64,000 nucleotides of DNA, taken from assembly GCA_021825585.1 (NCBI GenBank), contig JAKAGT010000022.1, positions 2,807-66,806 on the forward strand, given 5' to 3'. Each line of letters opens with the position of its first letter. Positions within the stretch are counted from its first letter, which is position 1. Below are positions 1 to 9,287 of this stretch, piece by piece. The DNA comes from Bacteroidota bacterium. Its GTDB lineage: Bacteria > Bacteroidota > Ignavibacteria > Kryptoniales > JAKASW01. The notes beneath the pieces were generated by a model that was not told the DNA's origin, did not search any database, and was given only the letters and a program-made list of their open reading frames with translations. The position numbers were made by a program, and so were the translations under genes.

Positions 1-1290
1 AACCATGAAATCATATTGTTCAAACACATATTTCTTACAGGCAATATTCGGGGAAGAGATAAGCTTCTTCAGCGCATCGTTGTAGTCAGCCGGCTCCGGC
101 AGAGTGGACGGATCAAATTCAGAAAGCCTCTCGATGTACTCAGGCTTGCAACTCTCCCGGACATAAACGGGGGCACCTTCGCCGAGTGCAAGCGTTTTCG
201 AGGGCACCTCAGCCTCCAGCATACCATGACGGCTGATTCGCAGGATACCGTCACCCGTCACTTTGCCGATCACCTCGGCATTCAGATCCCATTTCGTAAA
301 TATTCTCTTTATCGCGACCTCATTTTCAGGTTCCACGACGACCAGCATCCGCTCCTGCGACTCGGAGAGCATTATCTCGTAGGCGGACATATCTGATTCG
401 CGCAGCGGTACGAGATCAAGGTTCACTTCCATTCCGGTACCAGCCTTTGCGCTCATCTCGGAGGTGGAACAGGCGATGCCCGCCGCACCCATGTCCTGAA
501 TCCCCACAACAAGCCCCGCCTCAATCGCTTCAAGGGTTGCTTCGAGAAGTAGCTTTTCCGTAAACGGATCGCCCACCTGCACAGACGGCCTCTTGGCCTC
601 GGAAGCCTCGGAGATATCTTCGGAGGCAAATGTGGCTCCGTGAATACCATCTCTGCCGGTCGAGGACCCGACGATCATTACCAGGTTACCTACGCCTTTA
701 GCCGCCGCTTTGGCAATCCTGTCATGTCTGACGATCCCGACGGCCATTGCATTCACGAGCGGATTTTCATCATAGCATTCGTCGAAATATATTTCTCCCG
801 CTACCGTTGGCACGCCGAAGGCATTTCCGTAATCGGCAATTCCTTTCACCACGTTTTCAAGGAGGTATTTGACGCGGGATGTATCGGGATTTCCGAAGCG
901 AAGCGAGTCCAGTGCTGCGACGGGCCGCGCACCCATCGTGAAGATGTCGCGGAGGATGCCGCCGACCCCTGTGGCCGCCCCCTGATACGGTTCAACCGCA
1001 CTCGGGTGATTATGGCTCTCGATCTTGAAGGCCACAGCCAGGCCATCACCGATATCGACGAGTCCTGCATTTTCCTCCCCCGCGCCTACGAGGAGGTTCT
1101 TCCCCGAACGGGGAAGTTTCTTCAATTGAAGGATGGAATTCTTGTAGCTCGCATGCTCAGACCACATGACCGAATAAATGCCGAGTTCCGTGTAAGTCGG
1201 AACGCGCCCGAGAATTTCTTTTATCCGTTCGAACTCTTCGGGAGTTAATCCCATTTGCCGCGCGGATTCTATGTCAACTTTTAGGTTCAT
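1..1290 (-). CDS. purL: phosphoribosylformylglycinamidine synthase subunit PurL (FGAM synthase II), N-terminal ~430 aa; the 3' end lies beyond the left window edge
   Basis: Not in the ORF track because it has no stop inside the window. My reverse-complement translation from the ATG (complement of 1290-1288) reads [52 protein letters not shown]...[57 protein letters not shown]...[14 protein letters not shown]...[10 protein letters not shown]. The frame stays open to position 1. These are classic PurL motifs. The + strand ORFs 16..396 and 640..1248 are its antisense shadows. Confidence 0.9.
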   Translation of the reverse strand, partial: MNLKVDIESARQMGLTPEEFERIKEILGRVPTYTELGIYSVMWSEHASYKNSILQLKKLPRSGKNLLVGAGEENAGLVDIGDGLAVAFKIESHNHPSAVEPYQGAATGVGGILRDIFTMGARPVAALDSLRFGNPDTSRVKYLLENVVKGIADYGNAFGVPTVAGEIYFDECYDENPLVNAMAVGIVRHDRIAKAAAKGVGNLVMIVGSSTGRDGIHGATFASEDISEASEAKRPSVQVGDPFTEKLLLEATLEAIEAGLVVGIQDMGAAGIACSTSEMSAKAGTGMEVNLDLVPLRESDMSAYEIMLSESQERMLVVVEPENEVAIKRIFTKWDLNAEVIGKVTGDGILRISRHGMLEAEVPSKTLALGEGAPVYVRESCKPEYIERLSEFDPSTLPEPADYNDALKKLISSPNIACKKYVFEQYDFMV

Positions 1291-1583
1291 TTCGGAGGAC
1301 CAATCAGGCTTCTTGCAATTTTTTCAATGATTTCGGGGCGCAGATTGAATATCAACAGCAACACCAACACGATAAACGAAAACACGATCGCAAAGACGTA
1401 GCTTTCCCGCCTGGAGGCGCGCCGATTCCCCCCGGGCTGAGATTTCATGATTCCACGCCAGCCGCAATCCTGACAACGGAAGGGCCTCCGTCCGATCATC
1501 TTTAAGACAGATTCCCGAAAGCTCCGCGTGTGACTCCGTTGAAGCTTTGTGGACCTGCAGCTAGGACACGTAAGCGTAGCCAT
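1287..1583 (-). CDS. small zinc-ribbon membrane protein, function unknown
   Basis: 98 aa. Two Cys pairs (CPSC ... CQDC) form a zinc ribbon. A basic linker and one C-terminal TM helix ([18 protein letters not shown]) follow. The stop overlaps the purL ATG by 4 nt. Confidence 0.5.
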   Translation of the reverse strand: MATLTCPSCRSTKLQRSHTRSFRESVLKMIGRRPFRCQDCGWRGIMKSQPGGNRRASRRESYVFAIVFSFIVLVLLLIFNLRPEIIEKIARSLIGPPK

Positions 1584-1605
1584 GATGTTTGCTGGAATAA
1601 TTTAC

Positions 1606-1634
1606 AAAAAAAATGCCCCGCTTTCACGGGGCAT
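1606..1634 (-). terminator. rho-independent terminator downstream of the SGNH lipoprotein gene
   Basis: The minus strand reads ATGCCCCG-TGAAAG-CGGGGCAT, an 8-bp GC-rich stem with a 6-nt loop. A 7-8 nt T-run follows directly (plus-strand A-run 1606-1613). It lies about 55 nt after the stop at 1692. Confidence 0.75.
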
Positions 1635-1691
1635 CGTTGACAGTATTTTCGACAACAACTTCTGTCCGGTTATAACGATGAATTACCGGTT

Positions 1692-3110
1692 CTAATATTT
1701 CCTTGCCTGCAACAGTCTGATCACAGGCTCCAGAGCTGAGTAACGAACTTCCGGCCAGACAATTTTCGAGAGCCCTGTCGGAGCAATTACAATCGAACTG
1801 GGCACCATAGAAATCGGGACTATCGGAATATTCGCTCCAAACTGTTTGTTGATTGCCTGGATGAAGATATTAGCTATGAAGGCATAACCCTGGGAAGTCG
1901 GATGTACGCCGTCAAGTCCGAATGCACCGCCCGTTATGTACGAGCTGGTCAGGTCGATCCCTTGCGCTTCGTAACCCGTTTGGTCAAACTCATTAAGAGC
2001 AGTGTAAATATCTGCAAGGGCGATCTTGGTGGGATGACTAGCTTGGATCGCACTGATTGCCTGGTTGTAACCCTGAACAGCTTGCGACACGATCCCATAC
2101 TCATACGAGTCGAGTACAAACTGGTTAGGAAGAGGCCTGCCCGTGCCGCCGACTGAGGTAGGGATTCCGACTCCGGCCTCCAGGGAATCGAGGGCGGTCA
2201 ACAGGATGAAATCATGCTGCGGATCGGCTGGACCGGCATAAAGATTCCCGCTCGCATCATGCCTGTAAACAATTAGCGGGATAGGCTGCCCGGTCTGAGG
2301 GTTAAGCACAGGCTGCTGAGTCGCAGGATTGACAACAACCGCGGGGACGGTAGTGAAGAACGGAATGGCCGCAACATTCGGTATGTTCGCCAGAATAAAC
2401 TTCGCGTTCGGAGCTCCCGCTATAAGCGCATTCATCATTTGATTATATAGCGCAGTGAAAGTCGCCACGTCCGTGGGGCCGCTGCCGGGACCTAGTATCC
2501 CCACCGTGCCTCCTGATGTTGCATAACCGAGCACGTCATTCGCGCCTATCCACACACTAACGAAAGTCGGATGGAGTGCGAGAGCCTGGGCAACCGGGCT
2601 GCTGCCGAGCGCGGGACTTCTCAACACAATCTGAAAGAACGGGTTGTTCCTCGGGGGGCCCGCTTTTGCGGCAAAGCTCGACGTATCCAGCATGTCATAG
2701 AGAACCGCCCCGGGGATTCCGAGGTTGTTGTATGGACGAGCGAGGCCAGAGTTCAGCGGCGCACCGCCTGCAGCCGGATCCTCGCCGATCACCGGACCGG
2801 TGAGATTAAGAATCTTCATCCGTCCTCCGATTCCGGGGTCACTTATGAGCGGCTGCTCAAACTGCGTAACGCCTGCTTGCTTGGCGATATCCGCAGGATA
2901 GCTGTATTCCTGCGCCGATTCATACAGTGCGCCGCTCTGATATCCGGCAGTCAAAGAATTTCCCAACGAGACATACGTTGAAAAATCTACCGAACCGGTC
3001 GAGGGAGGATTTACCACACTCGACTTCTTGAAATCACCGCACGACGCCACGACAAATGCAACCAGACCGACAGCGAGGGCGGAAACAATATTGGAACGAA
3101 TACTCTTCAT
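1692..3110 (-). CDS. SGNH/GDSL-family hydrolase lipoprotein
   Basis: 472 aa. Signal peptide with a lipobox (LVAFVVASC). SGNH blocks are present: GNSLTAGY (block I Ser), GANDVLGY (block III) and DGVHPTSQGY (block V D-x-x-H). Confidence 0.8.
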   Translation of the reverse strand: MKSIRSNIVSALAVGLVAFVVASCGDFKKSSVVNPPSTGSVDFSTYVSLGNSLTAGYQSGALYESAQEYSYPADIAKQAGVTQFEQPLISDPGIGGRMKILNLTGPVIGEDPAAGGAPLNSGLARPYNNLGIPGAVLYDMLDTSSFAAKAGPPRNNPFFQIVLRSPALGSSPVAQALALHPTFVSVWIGANDVLGYATSGGTVGILGPGSGPTDVATFTALYNQMMNALIAGAPNAKFILANIPNVAAIPFFTTVPAVVVNPATQQPVLNPQTGQPIPLIVYRHDASGNLYAGPADPQHDFILLTALDSLEAGVGIPTSVGGTGRPLPNQFVLDSYEYGIVSQAVQGYNQAISAIQASHPTKIALADIYTALNEFDQTGYEAQGIDLTSSYITGGAFGLDGVHPTSQGYAFIANIFIQAINKQFGANIPIVPISMVPSSIVIAPTGLSKIVWPEVRYSALEPVIRLLQARKY

Positions 3111-3145
3111 TTTCGTTGTTCCTATCGCTTTTTGTTTAAGGCAAA

Positions 3146-4399
3146 CTACAGTCTGTAACTCAGATCGATGCCGATCAAGTTTGCTGTTGTGTTATAAGTA
3201 CCGTTGAATCCGTAAGCTGAGGTCGTTATCGTCCTCTGCTTGAACGGAAGGAACATGTAGGATGCATCGACGGCCAGGTGATTGGTCAAATTGACGCCGA
3301 CACCTGCGTTGAGACCCAGCCTGTCGGCATCAGGAAGAATCGGTGCATCATAGGCGTCGGGTATGGGGTTCTTATCGTAAAACACACCGGCGCGGAGCGT
3401 CCACATCTTGTCCAGATTGTACTCGCCGCCTGCGCGAATTATATAAGTGTCGCTGTAGTCTCCGATAATGGAACTATTCTGCTGAAGAGTTGTATGATTC
3501 GCAAAAGTTATGTTGAGTTGCCTGTACGCGCTCCAACCGACGTGTTGGAAATCCGCTTCCACCGAATAATTCTCACCCTTGTACGCAATTCCGGCATACC
3601 AGTTCTCGGGAAACGGAAGAGACGTGGAAACCGCACCCCCGGGGAGAAGACCTGCAAGGACTCCGGCTTGCGAGAAAGTGGCGTTCCCGTTCGTGGTCTT
3701 GAAGTCAATCTTGCTTCTGTACGAGAATCCGACAGAGACATTCTTTATCGGCTTCAGCATGATCCCGAAATTATACCCGGTTCCGTTCGCGTCGCCCTGC
3801 ATGTGAATGAACGGGGTGATAGGGTTACCGGTTGCATCGCTGAATGGAGTGGGATTGTATTTCTCCAGGAGCACGCTTCCCAGGGCGTAATCGAAACCGA
3901 CTCCGATGGAAATGAAATCTCCGAAAGCATATGAAACCGTAGGATTAATGTTGAATGATTGAAGATTGATCTTGGTTATTATGAATCTGCCGACCCAGTT
4001 CTGCGGCCAATCGGTTCCCAGCCCGTCGGGAGTAAACACGCCTATACCCGCCGCAAATCCATTGTTGAAATTATAGCTGACATAAGCGTTGGGGGGGAAG
4101 AAGGAAATCGAGTTCATCTTCCACTCGGTGTTGTTCGGATAAGGGCCGGTAAAAGTAGTGTTGGGAAGGATGAGAGTTCCTCCAAGCATTACGTTGAAGC
4201 CTTGAACGTAGCTTAAGCCTGCAGGGTTGAAGTATATCGCGGAAGCGTCCCAAGCGCGGGCGACAAAGGCGCCACCCATCGAAACCGCTCTCGCACCGTG
4301 TTCATTGAGCTGATAGCCGCTGCCAAATGCCGTCGACACGGACATAATGGCTATCGCCAGAAACGTTACAGCTTTCTTATTGACGCAAGCCACAAGCAC
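3146..4399 (-). CDS. FadL/OMPP1/TodX-family outer-membrane hydrophobic-compound channel
   Basis: 417 aa with a signal peptide. The N-terminus SGYQLNEHGARAVSMGGAFVARAWDASAIYFNPAGL matches the FadL hatch signature, including NPA. A beta-strand-like alternating pattern runs to the C-terminal DLSYRL. There is a 35-nt gap to the SGNH gene. Confidence 0.85.
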   Translation of the reverse strand: MLVACVNKKAVTFLAIAIMSVSTAFGSGYQLNEHGARAVSMGGAFVARAWDASAIYFNPAGLSYVQGFNVMLGGTLILPNTTFTGPYPNNTEWKMNSISFFPPNAYVSYNFNNGFAAGIGVFTPDGLGTDWPQNWVGRFIITKINLQSFNINPTVSYAFGDFISIGVGFDYALGSVLLEKYNPTPFSDATGNPITPFIHMQGDANGTGYNFGIMLKPIKNVSVGFSYRSKIDFKTTNGNATFSQAGVLAGLLPGGAVSTSLPFPENWYAGIAYKGENYSVEADFQHVGWSAYRQLNITFANHTTLQQNSSIIGDYSDTYIIRAGGEYNLDKMWTLRAGVFYDKNPIPDAYDAPILPDADRLGLNAGVGVNLTNHLAVDASYMFLPFKQRTITTSAYGFNGTYNTTANLIGIDLSYRL

Positions 4400-4631
4400 C
4401 TCCTTTTTATTTTATACGACGGGCTATTTTAAGCGATGCAAAACACAAAGTCAAATTTGCCCATTTACAAAATCTACACCTTAGCGGGCAGCTTCATGCC
4501 CTGCGACCGTCGAGTCGTCTTCACCTGGCACCATCGTTTCCTGTCGCCCCTTCATGATCATGGCCAGATGTTAGCTTGTTCAGTCGGCTGGCGGGGATTA
4601 TTTTATGTTTACCTAAAGAAAGGAACCCACA

Positions 4632-6347
4632 ATGGAGATCAAAGGAAAAACCGTCCTTGTTCTTGGCGGATGGGGCTTGGTGGGCTCTGCAATCTGCCGA
4701 AAACTCGTCCCGGAAAAACCGGACAAGATTATTGTCACTTCCCTTCTAAAATCAGAAGCAAACCAGGCAGTCGGACAACTGCGACAAGAATATCCCGATC
4801 ACGACCCGGACTTTTTCGTTCCGTACTGCGGCAACATCTTTGTCCGGGAAGAATTCAAAGACTTGTCGCGGGAGGAAATACTCTCTAATTCGGAAAGAAG
4901 ACACGTCCTGATCAACGACACAATCGGAGAATTGTCCGAGGAGAACCTTAAAGCCAGCACCATCTACAATTTGCTCACCGATTACCGACCGGAAGTTATC
5001 ATCGACTGCATCAATTCGGCAACCGCGATCGCTTACCAGGATCAGTTTCAGTCGAGCCGCTCGCTGATGAAAGAGCTCGACACAGCCAGAAAAGCATCGT
5101 CGCCAATCAGCGATCAGCTGGTCGATTCCATTGAAAGAATGTTATGCACACTCTATACACCGCAGCTTATCAGACACATTCAGATTCTGTACAGATCTAT
5201 GCATGACGCGGGAACAAAAATTTACGTGAAGATAGGGACAAGCGGGACAGGCGGGATGGGACTGAACATTCCGTACACACACAGCGAAGAGAAGCCGAGC
5301 AGCGTATTGCTGAGCAAGTCTGCAGTAGCAGGGGCGCACACACTACTAATGTTTCTCATGGGGCGCACTCCCGATGCACCGATTACAAAGGAGATCAAGC
5401 CGACCGCGGCAATTGCATGGAAGCGGGTGGCATTCGGAGAGATAATGCGTCGCGGAAAACCGATCCTCCTGCAGGATTGTTCTCCCGAAGACCCTTATGT
5501 AATTGGAGATTCTCTGGAGCTGAAGACAGCGATTAAGACGAAGAAGACGGATGAGCCGCTTCGGTCGGTCTTCATCGATACAGGTGAAAACGGCCTTTTC
5601 TCGCGCGGGGAGTTCGAAGCTATTACAACACCCGGACAGATGGAATTTGTCACCCCCGAGGAGATTGCGGAGGACGTCATCTACGAGATCAAAGGGGGAA
5701 ATACCGGCCATGATATAATTAACGCGCTCGACAATGCCACGCTCGCTCCCACTTACCGCGCAGGGTACATGTTCCATTCCGCATTCTCAAGAATGCGCGA
5801 GCTCGAATCGGAGCACGAAGTCGACAGCGTAGCCTTCGAGCTCCTGGGTCCGCCGAGGCTATCCAAGCTTCTCTATGAGAGTTATCTCCTGTCAAAGCGT
5901 TACGGCAGCTTCGCGGCCGTGGAGCAAATACCGGCTGAACAAATGTCAGGCGAGCTGTATGAAATGATAAAATCCGATGGGAGGCTGCGTTCTGAGATAA
6001 TCTCGATAGGAATCCCGATACTCCTTCCCGACGGAAAGAGCATGCTAAGAGGCGAAGATATCAAGATTCCGCCGTTCAGAGGAGAGAGTGTACTGTCGGC
6101 TAACCATAAATCAATCAATGCCTGGGCGCACGACGGCTGGGTCGATCTGCGCGTCGCCAATATGACTTTGTGGAAGAGCAGGCTGTGTGAGATAAAGAAG
6201 ATGACCGAACCTATTCCGGTTGGAGATACAAGCTCTCGCTTCATCTACACGAAAGAATACTGGAATAACTTCGAGACAATCGAACCTGGAAGAGTCGTCG
6301 GCTGGATCTTCTCGTACGAGGAAAAAGGCCTGAGGATGAAGGCGTAA
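4632..6347 (+). CDS. large NAD(P)-binding Rossmann-fold protein, function unknown
   Basis: 571 aa. N-terminal KTVLVLGGWGLVGSAICRKL is a GxxGxxG dinucleotide-binding loop. I did not recognise the remaining ~500 aa. Clean coding frame. Confidence 0.55.
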   Translation: MEIKGKTVLVLGGWGLVGSAICRKLVPEKPDKIIVTSLLKSEANQAVGQLRQEYPDHDPDFFVPYCGNIFVREEFKDLSREEILSNSERRHVLINDTIGELSEENLKASTIYNLLTDYRPEVIIDCINSATAIAYQDQFQSSRSLMKELDTARKASSPISDQLVDSIERMLCTLYTPQLIRHIQILYRSMHDAGTKIYVKIGTSGTGGMGLNIPYTHSEEKPSSVLLSKSAVAGAHTLLMFLMGRTPDAPITKEIKPTAAIAWKRVAFGEIMRRGKPILLQDCSPEDPYVIGDSLELKTAIKTKKTDEPLRSVFIDTGENGLFSRGEFEAITTPGQMEFVTPEEIAEDVIYEIKGGNTGHDIINALDNATLAPTYRAGYMFHSAFSRMRELESEHEVDSVAFELLGPPRLSKLLYESYLLSKRYGSFAAVEQIPAEQMSGELYEMIKSDGRLRSEIISIGIPILLPDGKSMLRGEDIKIPPFRGESVLSANHKSINAWAHDGWVDLRVANMTLWKSRLCEIKKMTEPIPVGDTSSRFIYTKEYWNNFETIEPGRVVGWIFSYEEKGLRMKA

Positions 6348-6440
6348 AACAGGTCAAAAGCAAGAAGGTCTCAGAGGGATCCGCGAGAAACTGACAGTGT
6401 TTGATTAACGATCGTTTAACGGCCCTTTTATCCTTTCCTT

Positions 6441-6468
6441 TTTTGACTTTTGACCTTTGAATTTTGAC
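6441..6468. repeat. four tandem heptamers TTTTGAC / TTTTGAC / CTTTGAA / TTTTGAC in a convergent intergenic region
   Basis: Read directly at 6441-6468. The block also contains CTTTTGACCT (6447-6456), the exact reverse complement of AGGTCAAAAG at 6351-6360. Confidence 0.7.
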
Positions 6469-6475
6469 GTCCTAT

Positions 6476-7723
6476 TCACTCATACCGTAGAGACTCTATT
6501 GGATCCACGCTCGCCGCCTTGTATGCCGGGTAAACACCGAATATCACACCGACAAGCGAGCAGACGATAAGGCCGATCATAGCCCAATCAAGAGGAAATG
6601 CCGCCCTCATGTGCATCGCCAATGCAGCGAGATTGCCTCCGATAAGGCCAAGCAAGACGCCGACTATGCCTCCTACCTCGCAAAGCACAATCGCTTCGAG
6701 CATGAATTGGGTCAGGATATTGCGCTTCGTAGCACCAATGGATTTCCTCACGCCTATTTCTCGGGTTCGTTCGGTCACACCCACGAGCATTATGTTCATT
6801 ATTCCGACGCCGGCCGCAAGAAGCGCTATCGCACTTACCACAATAGCTCCTATCCTGATGTAGAAAGTCAGGTGATTGAACTGGTCGATCAGTGAAGCAT
6901 TGGAAATCATTTCGAAATCATCCGGCTTTCGCGGCGGGACATTCCTGATCGCCCGGAGAATCGCCTCCACCTGGTCTTCGGTCTCGGCAAAAGTTTTCTG
7001 ACTACTTGACTGAACGTAAATATCAAGACTCCTTCGTTCTCCGTAACGGGCAAAGAAAGTAGTAAGCGGTACCATCATGTATGGGTTTCCTTCACCGAGC
7101 ACTGTCCCCTGGTTCTTTATGACGCCTACGACGGTGTAACCGATTCCATCCACTTTGACCTGCTGTCCAAGCGGATCGGAATGCGGGAAAAGAGCGCCGG
7201 CCATGTTCGGGTCGATTACACAGGCGAGACGTGAAACGTCGAGGTCACTCTGGGTTATCGCCCTGCCTTCACCGATCGGTTTGTCTTGCGCGGTGAAAAT
7301 CTCGGGCGTGACGCCCATCAGGTCCACATTCGGGTTCGTTGATTGTTGGCCGTGTACGGCGATCATTCCGCCCTTGTCTGCCATGGCACCCACGCTGCTC
7401 GCCATAGTCGCCCGATTTCTCAGTTTGATCACATCCTCATACGTGAGATCCTTCCGGTTCCAGTACTTCCTCCACCACCCCGGCCCACCGGCGTGGAAGA
7501 CCGGAAATTTCGTTATTTCGAACGTGTCTGAGCCTAGTGAGTTGAGTCTGCTCTCGATTGAGTTCTGCATAACCCGCATCGCGGTGGTCACAGCTATGAT
7601 TGAGAAAACCCCCACGACGATGCCGAGAAGAGTCAGGATAGACCGCAGCTTGTTCGAGCGGATGGCTGCAAGCGCCATCAGGAAACTTTCCGACCATTCC
7701 GACCAGATGATGTTCCTATTCAT
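6476..7723 (-). CDS. MacB-type ABC transporter permease (FtsX domain + periplasmic domain), B-type, pair 3
   Basis: 415 aa. N-terminal TM, ~230-aa periplasmic segment, then a C-terminal 3-TM FtsX module (LLAAGVGIMNIMLVGVTERTREIGVRKSIGATKRNIL). Ends AASVDPIESLRYE. The start overlaps the A3 stop by 8 nt. Confidence 0.85.
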   Translation of the reverse strand: MNRNIIWSEWSESFLMALAAIRSNKLRSILTLLGIVVGVFSIIAVTTAMRVMQNSIESRLNSLGSDTFEITKFPVFHAGGPGWWRKYWNRKDLTYEDVIKLRNRATMASSVGAMADKGGMIAVHGQQSTNPNVDLMGVTPEIFTAQDKPIGEGRAITQSDLDVSRLACVIDPNMAGALFPHSDPLGQQVKVDGIGYTVVGVIKNQGTVLGEGNPYMMVPLTTFFARYGERRSLDIYVQSSSQKTFAETEDQVEAILRAIRNVPPRKPDDFEMISNASLIDQFNHLTFYIRIGAIVVSAIALLAAGVGIMNIMLVGVTERTREIGVRKSIGATKRNILTQFMLEAIVLCEVGGIVGVLLGLIGGNLAALAMHMRAAFPLDWAMIGLIVCSLVGVIFGVYPAYKAASVDPIESLRYE

Positions 7724-8939
7724 ATCTCAGCGCCTCCACCGGATCGAGTTTAGAGGCCCTTGATGCAGGTACAATGCCTGAGATCACGCCGACCGCAAGC
7801 GATATCAAGATGCCAAGGAACGCAAGAGAGATCGGCATCGACGTCGGAAGGAACTTGTCGACAAGCATGCTCAGCGGGTAAGAGAACGCGAGTCCTATCA
7901 ATCCTCCTCCCAGACAGATGAGCGACGATTCGATCAGGAACTGTACCAGTATGGTTCGCCTCTTTGCGCCGAGTGCTTTCCTGATTCCGATTTCTTTTGT
8001 CCTTTCCGTCACGCTCACGAACATGATGTTCATTATGCCGATGCCTCCCACAAAGAGCGACAGCGCAGTAATAAACAGCCCCACCGCGCCTATTATGGCT
8101 GCGATTCTGTCGAAGGCGCTCGTAAGGAGGCTCTGCTCGTTTATCGAGAAATCGTCCTTCTGAAACGGCGACAACCCTCTAATCTTCCTCATTATCCCGC
8201 GAAGCTCCTCCTTTGCATTTGCCAGCTCTTTCGGGTTCGCGACGCGCGCCTCGATACTCGGAAAGAAATGTCTCCCGTAAATATTGCGGAACTGATCTAT
8301 AGGTATGATGACTTCGTTGTCGAGGCTGAACATTCCCATAAAGCTTCCCTGCTTGCTTCTCACGCCGATGACCCTGAACGATAGCCCATCTATTTTGATG
8401 GTACTTCCGATCGGGTCCCGGTTTGGAAACAGTTGATTGGCGACATCCGCACCGAGAATCGTGACCGGCATGTCCCCACTGGCTTCCATATCCGTGAAAA
8501 AGCGTCCCTCGCTGAAATCCATCTTCGCGACGTAGGCGTAATCGGCAGTCGTCCCTTCGACCAAAACATTTTGCGCCGACCTGTTTCTATATCCGATTGT
8601 CCCGAGTCTCTGGACTACAGGGGCAACGGCCGCGAACAAGGTCCCTTCTTTCTTGATCTCATTGACGTAGTAAACGTGAATCCTGCGGCGGTCCCTGTAT
8701 TTCCACCACAAACCGTTGTTGAGCCACGGCCACTTCTGGACATACAGCACGTCCGCGCCGATCGATGAAATGCTCTTATTGAATGCCTGCGTAAGCCCGT
8801 CTATGGCCGAGCCCATTAATGTAACCGAGACGATTCCTATAATGATGCCGAGCATGGTCAGTACCGCTCTTACTTTGTTTGCCATCAGAGCTGCGAAGGA
8901 GAGCTTGAACCCCTCCTTGATTTCAAGGCCAAACGTCAT
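7716..8939 (-). CDS. MacB-type ABC transporter permease, A-type, pair 3
   Basis: 407 aa. Begins MTFGLEIKEG. FtsX block [31 protein letters not shown]. Ends [13 protein letters not shown]. Confidence 0.85.
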   Translation of the reverse strand: MTFGLEIKEGFKLSFAALMANKVRAVLTMLGIIIGIVSVTLMGSAIDGLTQAFNKSISSIGADVLYVQKWPWLNNGLWWKYRDRRRIHVYYVNEIKKEGTLFAAVAPVVQRLGTIGYRNRSAQNVLVEGTTADYAYVAKMDFSEGRFFTDMEASGDMPVTILGADVANQLFPNRDPIGSTIKIDGLSFRVIGVRSKQGSFMGMFSLDNEVIIPIDQFRNIYGRHFFPSIEARVANPKELANAKEELRGIMRKIRGLSPFQKDDFSINEQSLLTSAFDRIAAIIGAVGLFITALSLFVGGIGIMNIMFVSVTERTKEIGIRKALGAKRRTILVQFLIESSLICLGGGLIGLAFSYPLSMLVDKFLPTSMPISLAFLGILISLAVGVISGIVPASRASKLDPVEALRYE

Positions 8940-9194
8940 TTCAATATGTCCCTTTCTGATTCAACGCCACTACCTTTTTCGCACGCGCCGAAGCGTACTT
9001 CACCTTCGGTCTTTCACAATCGCCTGAAAAACTCAGATGCTATCCTAACACACCGATTGCGTCCGAGGTTTCTCGCGAGTGCGAACAACGGGGTTCTTTA
9101 ATTCGATTTGAATTTCGAAAAGCTTCCATCTCCTCGAGCGAAGAGATTCGTCCGTCAGGTAGTGCTTTCGCAATCATGTTTGTTGGTTCTTCTG

Positions 9195-9225
9195 AAAAAA
9201 ATTGGAGAGCTCCGAGAAGCTCCCG
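9195..9225 (-). terminator. candidate rho-independent terminator after permease pair 2
   Basis: The minus strand reads CGGGAGCT-TCTCGG-AGCTCTCC, an 8-bp stem with one G-U pair and a 6-nt loop. It is followed by AATTTTTTT. It lies ~63 nt downstream of the B2 stop (9288). Confidence 0.55.
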
Positions 9226-9287
9226 CCAGTTAAATGGTCCTTCTAATATCTCAAGAATTCAATCCCGCACACGGCGTCATTTCGTCC

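Noticed and set aside
16-1248. + strand ORFs 16..396 and 640..1248
   Set aside because: They are antisense to purL, whose minus-strand translation is unambiguous across the whole interval.
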